Positions 53,461 to 61,792 of a DNA stretch of 64,000 bases are shown here, one piece after another. The notes beneath the pieces are model-generated. The model did not search any database. It was given only the letters and a program-made list of their open reading frames with translations, and was not told where the DNA came from. A program made the translations under genes and the position numbers. Origin of the DNA: Bdellovibrionales bacterium (GTDB lineage: Bacteria > Bdellovibrionota > Bdellovibrionia > Bdellovibrionales > UBA1609); NCBI GenBank assembly GCA_965219095.1, contig CBDCMT010000001.1:288001-352000 (forward strand). Direction: 5' to 3'. Positions within the stretch are counted from its first letter, which is position 1; the number at the start of each line of letters is the position of its first letter.

Positions 53461-53907
53461 GTATTTTTCTATAAATTCTAGAATGTCGTGCTTTGAGTAG
53501 TAGTTTACTTCATCGAAGGTTATGAGTTCTTCATCAGAAACTAAACTGTCTATATATTCATCTTTAGCTAAGTTCCAAGAGATTTCATCAAGCTGTTTAA
53601 TGGCAACTGCTGTATCCACCGTGAGCCAGACGATTTTTGTATCTTTTAAGTAGCACTCATCAATCATAGTCTCAAATGCTTCCTCTGTATTGACCGGATC
53701 AAGAGCTTCTTTTAAAAGTTGTTCATAGACCCATTCGGTTCCGTACTCAACTCCAAAGCCTTCAAGCTCACGCATGAGATCATCTGTTTTGCAAGCTTTG
53801 CAAACTCCTGTTAGTACTTTTATGTAACAGCCATAACAAAATGGCGTTGTTTCGAAAAATGCGATTTGTTCTAGTTTTTCTGTGATTTGTTTTTTTGTTA
53901 GCTCCAT
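53443..53907 (-). CDS. Acidic hypothetical protein with CxxC-x8-CxxC motif
   Basis: AAGGAGG RBS; CYGC..CKAC; about 33 D/E versus 16 K/R by hand count. Confidence 0.85.
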   Translation of the reverse strand: MELTKKQITEKLEQIAFFETTPFCYGCYIKVLTGVCKACKTDDLMRELEGFGVEYGTEWVYEQLLKEALDPVNTEEAFETMIDECYLKDTKIVWLTVDTAVAIKQLDEISWNLAKDEYIDSLVSDEELITFDEVNYYSKHDILEFIEKYKGKVA

Positions 53908-54143
53908 ATTTGTCCTCCTTTGTTTATATGGTTTTTATTGTCAGGAGCTTAGAAGAGGCCGAAGTGAGTGCTTTTCAAGAAAAAAATTGGGGGAAACCTT
54001 TAGGGGGAACCGATTTTTTTCTTTAAAAGCAGAACGAGCGTAGGCCTAAGCTCATGACAAAAATAAAAACCATCATAAAAAACAAAGGAGATTAGGAGCT
54101 AACAATAAATCATAGAGAAACTATAAATTGCTTTTGAAACAGC
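53846..54143. repeat. ~300-bp imperfect inverted repeat (long fold-back)
   Basis: Nested arms TTGTTAGCTCC/GGAGCTAACAA, CTCCTTTGTTT/AAACAAAGGAG, ATGGTTTTTATT/AATAAAAACCAT, TGCTTTTCAAGAAAAAAATTGG/CCGATTTTTTTCTTTAAAAGCA. Confidence 0.9.
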
Positions 54144-54187
54144 TTTTTATTGTCTAGGTGAAAAAAGTACTAACAGGAGTTTTTAGC

Positions 54188-54523
54188 TTAAGAAAGAAGA
54201 ACTCTAGCTTGTGACTTTGCAGTATTCTGAGGGGTTGTCTGGGTGTCATCACTTTTTGAGCGATTGTTTCTCCATTGTAGAGGTTGAAGGTTTGAGAGTT
54301 CATCTCCGCCACCTTTTGCGACTGGATGAATATGATCGATTTCCCAGCCGTATTCTGATGAAGTGTTGCCGTATTCGTGAAAATGAATAATGGCTCCACA
54401 TCTGTCTTTTCGGACTTTATCAGGGTCTTCCAAAAAAGTAGCTTCTGCCATCTGCCAAACTTGAAGCTCTTCTTCTTTTGAAAAGTCTTTTCCGTATTGA
54501 TTGGTACTTGGTTTTCTACTCAT
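54188..54523 (-). CDS. Small HNH endonuclease
   Basis: GWEIDHIHPVAKGG.DELSNLQPLQWRNNRSK. Confidence 0.9.
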   Translation of the reverse strand: MSRKPSTNQYGKDFSKEEELQVWQMAEATFLEDPDKVRKDRCGAIIHFHEYGNTSSEYGWEIDHIHPVAKGGGDELSNLQPLQWRNNRSKSDDTQTTPQNTAKSQARVLLS

Positions 54524-54547
54524 CAGCCTTTTCTTGTAATTAAAGTT

Positions 54548-54754
54548 TTATTTTTTTCTTCTATTATAAGGACTTTGATTAGTCGGTTTTAAACTTAAAT
54601 TATTTTTTTGAGCCTGTGTGTATATTGCAGATTCTGTTCTTCCTAATTTAAATCCAATGACCCTAGTTGGAGTATTTTCTTTAATTAAACGTTTAAGCTG
54701 TTTAGTGTCGCTTGGCTTCCATGGCTTTCCGCTATTTCTTGTGCTTTTTGACAT
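54548..54754 (-). CDS. Small basic HTH/Myb-like protein
   Basis: GKPW..D..QLK.L, IGFKLGRTESAIY; AAGGAG RBS. Confidence 0.75.
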   Translation of the reverse strand: MSKSTRNSGKPWKPSDTKQLKRLIKENTPTRVIGFKLGRTESAIYTQAQKNNLSLKPTNQSPYNRRKK

Positions 54755-54902
54755 AATTTACTCTCCTTGCTTTTGCGATTCTTCTTCTTAATTCAAGAAT
54801 GCCTTTTTTTAAACTCTCATCGATTTTCCCATGATTCATATAAGTCTCCTAAAAATCCATACCTTATCTTCACATCTTCGGTACATACCCCCCCATCCTA
54901 CC

Positions 54903-54999
54903 ACACCCCCTGCCTTCAAGCTAGCCGTGACCCCGTTCGCCTGACAGTATGGAGGGGGAGCGGGGTCACGGGTAGTTGTCCGAAGAAGGCAGGGGGTGT
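54903..54999. other. GC-rich nested hairpin (candidate oriT, single-strand origin or ncRNA)
   Basis: ACACCCCCTGCCTTC/GAAGGCAGGGGGTGT (15 bp) enclosing CCGTGACCCCG/CGGGGTCACGG (11 bp). Confidence 0.7.
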
Positions 55000-55094
55000 A
55001 TATAGAAAAATATCTTTTAGATATCAATAGGTTGCAAGAAGAGAAGAAATTAAGCTTCGATTTTTAAAATAAAAGTTCACTTTCATTTCCACTT

Positions 55095-55904
55095 TTACTT
55101 TGTTTCTCCTCTTGCCTCTTCTTTTTTCTCTAAATTTCGTATGCAAAATTCCACAGCATCATTCACAAAGAGACAATTAAGCTCCTTTTTTAGGAACTCA
55201 TCAATTAAAGCAAAGTAGATTTTGTTCAATCTTTTTTCTCCTTTTAAAAGAAAACTCTTTCTCTTTAAAACTTTAATCCTCTCTAAAAGCTTCTCTCTCA
55301 TTGCCTCATCATCCACAATATAAAATATCGTATCCCAAGAAGGAGTAAGAAGATGTTTTAAGAAAATATTCTCATACCTCTTCTTTGATTTTAAACTTAA
55401 CTCAAGCTCTAATGCAATTAACTGAGGCCTGTTATTGAGCCTTAAAGTAAAGAGTCCATCAGGAATTTTGTCTTTATTTTTATATTTATTTTTAATAGGT
55501 GAGTTCTTTAAAAGCTTTCCTGCTATCTGGTATTCTGGAATAAAATTCTTGATCAGTGGACTTTTTAAAAGAATGTTTTTAACCTTGTGAACTAAAAGAT
55601 CATGATTGTAAGTGCCTGTGTAGCTGTCCTTTTTAAAGACATAAGGAAGAACATGATAACCCTTTACTCTTAGAAGATTTTGCCCTTTTAAAGTAATAGT
55701 GTATCCTGATGAAGTGTTTTCAGGTCCATTTAACTTCTCTATAAGTCCTCCCTTTATAAGATCTGAAAACCTCCTATAATGAGAGCCTGTATTCTTTTTT
55801 GAGTTCCAAAACAAAGAAAAAAGTTCATCCGCTGTAGCAAAATTTTGTGTTGAAATATAATAGAGGAGCTTAAAATCTCGTTCTCTTAATTTAAGAAAAA
55901 TCAT
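55095..55904 (-). CDS. Replic_Relax / MOBC-type relaxase
   Basis: N-terminal wHTH (LRERD..LL), HDLLV, PDG..ELELSLKSKKRY fitting the MOBC D..ExE.xxKxxxRY motif; overlaps the T4CP gene. Confidence 0.82.
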   Translation of the reverse strand: MIFLKLRERDFKLLYYISTQNFATADELFSLFWNSKKNTGSHYRRFSDLIKGGLIEKLNGPENTSSGYTITLKGQNLLRVKGYHVLPYVFKKDSYTGTYNHDLLVHKVKNILLKSPLIKNFIPEYQIAGKLLKNSPIKNKYKNKDKIPDGLFTLRLNNRPQLIALELELSLKSKKRYENIFLKHLLTPSWDTIFYIVDDEAMREKLLERIKVLKRKSFLLKGEKRLNKIYFALIDEFLKKELNCLFVNDAVEFCIRNLEKKEEARGETK

Positions 55905-57462
55905 CTCTTTTCCTCCTTTTATTTGCTCTTTTGTCTATTTCATGGTTTTCCTCTTTTAGGCTCTTTCTTTCTACTTTTTGCTTCTTCTCAATAACTTTAA
56001 GTCTCCTTTTTCTTAAGTTTTTTAAATAAGGAAAGGAGAGATTAAAATGGGATACACCTTCTTTTTCTGGCACACAAATAACCCCATGACCTACTGGAAT
56101 CTTTTTAAAAATATTGGGATGAAAAATATACTCCTCAACCTTTCTAATAGAGCCTCTTCCTGTTTTTGTTTGCTCTAGAAGCTTTCTATCTGTCTGCTCT
56201 GTTATTTTAAAAGAGCTCTCTGTCCCAAAGGATTTAGCGAAATAATCGCAAGTTTTGGGATCATTGAGCCTCATTACGACTTTCAAGTTGGTATTGGTTA
56301 AAACCACATCACTAAAAGAAGAACTTACCTTTTCTAGGTCTCCAATAGATTGGTGAGAGAAGATAAGGGCAATGTTAGCAGACCTAGACTTGTTCAAAAG
56401 GCTTCCAAAGCCAGAATAGATATAATCCTGAAAATCATCAAGATAGACACTAAAAAGCCCATATTGCTTTTTAGCTAAATGCCTCTTTGAAATAGCACTT
56501 TGAAGATTTTGAAGCACCAATTTTCCTGTGGCACTTCCTAGAAAGGGATAAAGCATAGTGGGGAGCTGAAAATAAAGAATTTCTCTTTTTTCTAAGGCTC
56601 TTCTGATTGAAATATTGTTTCTTTCTTCATCAAAAAGACCATGACACTCTCCAAAGACAAAATGAGAAATCTGAGACTCTAATCCACTTATTCTCTCTTC
56701 TCTTTCTTTCTGAGGAAGTGCTAACAAGCCACTAAGTGAGCTTTTTACCTTTGAATCTTGAGAGGCATTCACTGCAATAGCTAACTTATCCATATCTGTT
56801 AAAAGAAGATGTACCTTTTTAAAAGTCGGCACACTTTTTTCCTTAACTAATGTAACAAGGCTTAAAAAGATCTTATACTGAACGTTTCTGTAATACTCGT
56901 TTTCAAATTGGAAGCTAGAAAACACTCTTTCTGCAACTTCAAGAGAGGAAGTACCTTTTAAAGGATTAAAGCTATAAGAATTTTTAATGTTAGCTAGAGA
57001 AAAGAGCTTAAAATCTTTTTTTCTTCCGTGATGGACGACATAGCTATAGAGTTTATCTAAAAAACTGTTATCACTTTTGCCATCAATAATAAGAACTCCT
57101 CTTTTATTTTTAATATCTTGAACTATCCAGGGCAAAATTACACTTTCTGTTTTTCCTGAGCCTGTGGTGCCAATAACCTGAGCATGAGTTGTTCTCTGTT
57201 TTTCATCTATAAAAATGAGCTTTCCTTTATCAAGACCTAAAAGAAAAGTTTTGTTTTTTTCGCACTTTTTATTAACTTTATACTGATAAATAAAGAGGAA
57301 GATAACAAAAAGAAGACTTAAAAAACAAGCAAAAACTCCATACCATTTTAATCTTTCATACCAATAAAGAACAAATGGAGATATTTTATAAACAAAGGCA
57401 CAAAATCCTATAAGAATAATAAAGGAAAGTTCGTTTCCCTGAAGTTGTTTTTTATTTTCCAT
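55891..57462 (-). CDS. Type IV coupling protein (TraD/VirD4-like)
   Basis: Two TM helices, GTTGSGKTE, IIDGK, YLDDF, RSAN..SHQS. Confidence 0.92.
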   Translation of the reverse strand: MENKKQLQGNELSFIILIGFCAFVYKISPFVLYWYERLKWYGVFACFLSLLFVIFLFIYQYKVNKKCEKNKTFLLGLDKGKLIFIDEKQRTTHAQVIGTTGSGKTESVILPWIVQDIKNKRGVLIIDGKSDNSFLDKLYSYVVHHGRKKDFKLFSLANIKNSYSFNPLKGTSSLEVAERVFSSFQFENEYYRNVQYKIFLSLVTLVKEKSVPTFKKVHLLLTDMDKLAIAVNASQDSKVKSSLSGLLALPQKEREERISGLESQISHFVFGECHGLFDEERNNISIRRALEKREILYFQLPTMLYPFLGSATGKLVLQNLQSAISKRHLAKKQYGLFSVYLDDFQDYIYSGFGSLLNKSRSANIALIFSHQSIGDLEKVSSSFSDVVLTNTNLKVVMRLNDPKTCDYFAKSFGTESSFKITEQTDRKLLEQTKTGRGSIRKVEEYIFHPNIFKKIPVGHGVICVPEKEGVSHFNLSFPYLKNLRKRRLKVIEKKQKVERKSLKEENHEIDKRANKRRKRDDFS

Positions 57463-57471
57463 AAAAATTTT

Positions 57472-58335
57472 CTAATTTTGAAAGTAAACTAAAAACTTTG
57501 TTTTATCAGGGATGATTATTTTTGCACTTGGGTTTTCATTGCTCCTAGCTTTATCTTGAGCAAAGTCTAAGAAAGAAAGAGACAGTCCGTTTAAGATAGC
57601 ATTTTTTAGACCACCAAGCTCTAAGATGTCTCCTGACTTAGTGATGGTTTTTTCCTTTAAGCCTTGAGAAACACCTCCAATAAAGTTTGAGCCAAAGCGA
57701 GAGCTATATTTTTTTAACTCTCCTGAGTTGTACTCTCCCTTAACTCCAAAGGTGCCATCAGGCATAAAGGCCACCCCCTGAATGGAGACCCTTTTTTTAT
57801 CTATTAAAAGTGTGTGAAAGTTAATATGAAGCCTTTTTGAACTCTTATCCACCTTTGCTTTTCCTAAAAGCAAAGCTCCCTCTTTAAGATGAAAATCTAA
57901 GGCATAGTCTTTAGGTAAATTTTTAGAGGCCATAACTTTTGCTCTTAAGGGAGCTTCTTTTTGAGAGGTGAGAATAACTTTTCCTAGAAGTTCTACAGCT
58001 TGCTTTGAGCCAATAAGGGCATCTTTATTAAAACCCTGTCTTTTAGTTTCTCTTTGAGGAGGCGAAATTTTTATATCATCATACTCAGGCTCTTTATAGA
58101 CTTTTTTGTAGTGAATTCTAGTGTTGTGTCCATGAACTTCTAGAGGATAGGATGATTGCTCTTCTTGTAAATTTTTCTCCTTACTTTCAAAAATACTTTC
58201 TAAAGTAAGAATTAGAATAAGAAAAGAAATAAAAAGAATGAAAATATTTTTTCCTCTAATCTGCCTTTTCTTACTGTAATGATTTTTAGGGCTTAGAAAA
58301 AAATCATCTAAGCCCTTTTTCTTTTTTAAAAACAT
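57472..58335 (-). CDS. TrbI/VirB10-like (TraM-like) conjugation protein
   Basis: TM anchor, linker, GALLLG..RLHINF..G.A..PDGTFGVKG; adjacent to T4CP. Confidence 0.65.
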   Translation of the reverse strand: MFLKKKKGLDDFFLSPKNHYSKKRQIRGKNIFILFISFLILILTLESIFESKEKNLQEEQSSYPLEVHGHNTRIHYKKVYKEPEYDDIKISPPQRETKRQGFNKDALIGSKQAVELLGKVILTSQKEAPLRAKVMASKNLPKDYALDFHLKEGALLLGKAKVDKSSKRLHINFHTLLIDKKRVSIQGVAFMPDGTFGVKGEYNSGELKKYSSRFGSNFIGGVSQGLKEKTITKSGDILELGGLKNAILNGLSLSFLDFAQDKARSNENPSAKIIIPDKTKFLVYFQN

Positions 58336-58508
58336 AAAACTCCTTTTAAAAAAAATGTTAGATTTTTTAAAATCATATTGTAAATTACTGGGTTTCTTTT
58401 TAAAAACTTGTAGAATTTTTAAAAATTTAATTTTTTTTGCCTTAAAAGACTTAAAACTCAGCCTTCTTGCTTTTTAGAAAAATCTCTGTAAATTTAAGTT
58501 ACTCAGTC

Positions 58509-60995
58509 TTAATCGGGTTTAGAAGCTGTGCCCCTTAAAATGGGTTTCCAAGCTTTTTTAAATTGACTTGCTAGCTTTTGAGCTTTTGCAATTTGCGAAG
58601 GAGTCATGTTATTTTTTAGTATAGATAATGCTTTTCTTACAGCTACTTCTAATTTACCATGCGCTTGAACTTTTGATAAAATAAGCCATTTATAAGCCTT
58701 GATGTAATCCTGTAAAACTCCCTCTCCTAAAACATACATCACACCAAGATTAAACTGAGCTTTTGCATCTCCTTGTTTTGCTGCCTTCTTATACCAATAA
58801 ACTGCTTTTTTGTAGTCTTGTAAAACGCCCTTTCCCTTAACATACATCACACCAAGATTAAACTGAGCTTTTGCATGTCCTTGTTTTGCGCTACTTTCAT
58901 ACCAATAAAAGGCTTTTTTGTAATCTTGTGAAACGCCTTTTCCCTTATAATACATCACACCAAGATTAAACTGAGCGCCTGCACCTTCTTGTTTTGCTGA
59001 CTTTTTCCACCAATAAACTGCTTTTTTGTAATCCTGTAAAACTCCCCTTCCCTTATCATACATCACACCAAGATTATACTGAGCTTGTGCATACCCTTGT
59101 TTTGCTGACTTTTTCCACCAATAAACTGCTTTTTTGTAGTCCTGTAAAACTCCCTCTCCCTTATAATACATCACACCAAGATTATTCTGAGCTTCTGCAA
59201 ATCCTTGTTTTGCGCTACTTTCATACCAATAAACTGCTTTTTTATCGTCCTGTAAAACTCCCTGTCCCTCATCATACATCACACCAAGATTATTCTGAGC
59301 TTCTGCAAATCCTTGTTTTGCGCTACTTTCATACCAATAAACTGCTTTTTTATCGTCCTGTAAAACTCCCTCTCCCTTATAATACATCACACCAAGATTA
59401 TTCTGAGCTTCTGCAAATCCTTGTTTTGCGCTACTTTCATACCAATAAACTGCTTTTTTATCGTCCTGTAAAACTCCCTGTCCCTCATCATACATCACAC
59501 CAAGATTATTCTGAGCTTCTGCAAATCCTTGTTTTGCGCTACTTTCATACCAATAAACTGCTTTTTTATCGTCCTGTAAAACTCCCTGTCCCTTATCATA
59601 CATCACACCAAGATTATACTGAGCTTCTGCAAATCCTTGTTTTGCGCTACTTTCATACCAATAAAAGGCTTTTTTGTAATCTTGTAAAACGCCTTTTCCC
59701 TTATAATACATCACACCAAGATTATACTGAGCTTCTGCAAATCCTTGTTTTGCGCTACTTTCCAACCAATAAAAGGCTTTTTTGTAATCTTGTAAAACGC
59801 CTTTTCCCTTATAATACATCACACCAAGATTATTCTGAGCTTGTGTAAGTCCTTGTTTTGCGCTACTTTCCAACCAATAAAAGGCTTTTTTGTAGTCTTG
59901 TGAAACGCCTCTTCCCTTATCATACATCACACCAAGATTATACTGAGCTTGTGTAAGTCCTTGTTTTGCGCTACTTTCATACCAATAAACTGCTTTTTTG
60001 TAATCCTGTGAAACGCCTCTTCCCTTATCATACATCCCACCAAGATTATACTGAGCTTCTGCATGTCCTTGTTTTGCGCTACTTTCATACCAATAAACTG
60101 CTTTTTTGTAATCCTGTAAAACTCCCTGTCCCTTAGCATACATCACACCAAGATTAGACTGAGCTTGTGCATACCCTTGTTTTGCTGACTTTTTCCACCA
60201 ATAAACTGCTTTTTTGTAGTCCTGTAAAACTCCCTCTCCCTTATAATACATCCAACCAAGATTAAACATATCTTTTGGAGTTTTTTCCTTTTTTTCCTCG
60301 TACAATGAAAACTCTCTTTTAAAGTCCTTTTCTGTTTTTTTAAGCTTCTTTTCTAAATCTAAACGAGAAAGTTTGATAAGCTGTTTTTTATTTCTAGAAA
60401 TAAGTTCTTTCAGTAATTTTATAGAAACAGCAAAATTTAAATTTTGGGATTTTTCATGCTCACCTATCACAACTCCAATCACTTTAAATTTTTTAGAAAA
60501 AACAGGAGAACCACTGCTTCCTTTCGAAATTGAAGCTGTTATTTGAAGTAAATTTTGTTTTCTTTTTGCAGATACAATTCCCTTAGAAAGGCTTCCTACA
60601 AATCCTTGTGGAGAGCCTATAACAAAAATATCATCTCCCATTTTAACATTATTGTAATTTCCTATTTTTAAAGGCGTGTATATTTTTTTAACTGTCTTAA
60701 TGATTGCAAGATCGTTCTCGGAATCATAAGCAACAACAATACCAGACCCTTTCTTCCCCTCTTGAGTAACAAAAAAGATAACACCTTTATCCGCCTCTTT
60801 GACAACATGGTAATTTGTAACAAGGAGACTTCTTTCTATAAAAAAACCACTACCCATACCATGGGCATGAATAATTGTTGCTGTTGATTTAGCAACTGTT
60901 TCAAAGTTTGATGTATAGGCTTTAGACACAAAAAAAGTACAAAATATAAAAAGAGAGTATAGTATGACTTTTTTGGTTTTAAGATGTGTTCTCAT
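58509..60995 (-). CDS. Secreted trypsin-like serine protease with 15 Sel1-like repeats
   Basis: Signal peptide; GSGFF, TNYHVV, NDLAII, GSSGSP; repeats AQxNLGVMYxxGxGVxQDxKKAxYW. Confidence 0.93.
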   Translation of the reverse strand: MRTHLKTKKVILYSLFIFCTFFVSKAYTSNFETVAKSTATIIHAHGMGSGFFIERSLLVTNYHVVKEADKGVIFFVTQEGKKGSGIVVAYDSENDLAIIKTVKKIYTPLKIGNYNNVKMGDDIFVIGSPQGFVGSLSKGIVSAKRKQNLLQITASISKGSSGSPVFSKKFKVIGVVIGEHEKSQNLNFAVSIKLLKELISRNKKQLIKLSRLDLEKKLKKTEKDFKREFSLYEEKKEKTPKDMFNLGWMYYKGEGVLQDYKKAVYWWKKSAKQGYAQAQSNLGVMYAKGQGVLQDYKKAVYWYESSAKQGHAEAQYNLGGMYDKGRGVSQDYKKAVYWYESSAKQGLTQAQYNLGVMYDKGRGVSQDYKKAFYWLESSAKQGLTQAQNNLGVMYYKGKGVLQDYKKAFYWLESSAKQGFAEAQYNLGVMYYKGKGVLQDYKKAFYWYESSAKQGFAEAQYNLGVMYDKGQGVLQDDKKAVYWYESSAKQGFAEAQNNLGVMYDEGQGVLQDDKKAVYWYESSAKQGFAEAQNNLGVMYYKGEGVLQDDKKAVYWYESSAKQGFAEAQNNLGVMYDEGQGVLQDDKKAVYWYESSAKQGFAEAQNNLGVMYYKGEGVLQDYKKAVYWWKKSAKQGYAQAQYNLGVMYDKGRGVLQDYKKAVYWWKKSAKQEGAGAQFNLGVMYYKGKGVSQDYKKAFYWYESSAKQGHAKAQFNLGVMYVKGKGVLQDYKKAVYWYKKAAKQGDAKAQFNLGVMYVLGEGVLQDYIKAYKWLILSKVQAHGKLEVAVRKALSILKNNMTPSQIAKAQKLASQFKKAWKPILRGTASKPD
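58659..60278 (-). repeat. 108-bp coding tandem repeat x15 (Sel1)
   Basis: Near-identical units such as TACATCACACCAAGATTA recur every 108 bp. Confidence 0.95.
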
Positions 60996-61144
60996 ACCTT
61001 GCTCTATCGGAAATTATATAAGAAAAAGTAACCAGACTTAAGTTCAGATATGCTTCTAAATTGTGTAAGAAAACTATAGAATATTTTCTAGCCTGTAAAG
61101 GGCAGTTTAAAGATAAGCTTATAATTAAAAATAAGATTACATTT

Positions 61145-61750
61145 TTAGTGAGTTAAGCTAGAGATGAGAGTTTCATGAGTGATGTAAATACCTTCTGGAT
61201 TTTCAAGAGTTCTGTCTCCAAAGGTATATTTTAGTTTAAATGTCATAGGTTGAGTGGCACGAAGACCTTCTACAATGAGAATCCTATCTCCTGTAACCTG
61301 AACTTCTTTTTTCTTAAAATCAATCTTGATTTCTGATAGATAAAACTTTTGAGTGATCTTTTTGGACTTAGCAGTTTTTATATTTTCCTTGTTTGCTTTA
61401 AAAAATTTAGCTTTAAACTGATGGGCTATAAGCTGAGTTGATTTTTTAAGATTTATTTCTATAGTTTTGTCATTCCAGTTGTGGCGTAACTTGATAAAGC
61501 GAGTGATGGTGTTTGTGATTTCTTTTTTGATTAAGTTTTCAGGGATTGATTTTGAAGCATTTATCTTATTTGTTTTATTGTTAATGGAGATTAGATAGGG
61601 TTTTTTGCTAGAAAGTATAGTAAGGGAAATAATCAGAGCCATATTGGTAGCTACAAAAAAGGCTAACAAGCCTTTTAGGATTGAGTTTTGAGCTTGTTCG
61701 TCTGCCCAAATCTCAAAGTATTTACGAGGCATGAAGTTTTTCATATGCAA
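61145..61750 (-). CDS. VirB8/TraK-like conjugation protein
   Basis: Single TM, FIKLRHNW, R..ENPEGIYI C-terminal motif. Confidence 0.7.
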   Translation of the reverse strand: MHMKNFMPRKYFEIWADEQAQNSILKGLLAFFVATNMALIISLTILSSKKPYLISINNKTNKINASKSIPENLIKKEITNTITRFIKLRHNWNDKTIEINLKKSTQLIAHQFKAKFFKANKENIKTAKSKKITQKFYLSEIKIDFKKKEVQVTGDRILIVEGLRATQPMTFKLKYTFGDRTLENPEGIYITHETLISSLTH

Positions 61751-61792
61751 CTCCTTTTTATTTTGGTTTTTAAAATTATTTTACAGAGTTTT

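Noticed and set aside
54188..54523. IscB or Cas9-like nuclease
   Set aside because: Only 111 aa; no RuvC motifs or bridge helix
54767..55030. Short ORFs on both strands over the GC-rich hairpin
   Set aside because: Open only because of local GC content; atypical composition for this genome
58994..59848. 284-aa plus-strand ORF
   Set aside because: Antisense shadow produced by the repeat array
58659..60278. Possible CRISPR, TIGR or DGR array
   Set aside because: Units are in-frame Sel1 coding repeats; no unique spacers, no reverse transcriptase in the window, and variation is not adenine-specific
61003..61032. Sigma28-like CCGATA box upstream of the Sel1 protease
   Set aside because: The -35 element is poor, so it is too weak to call
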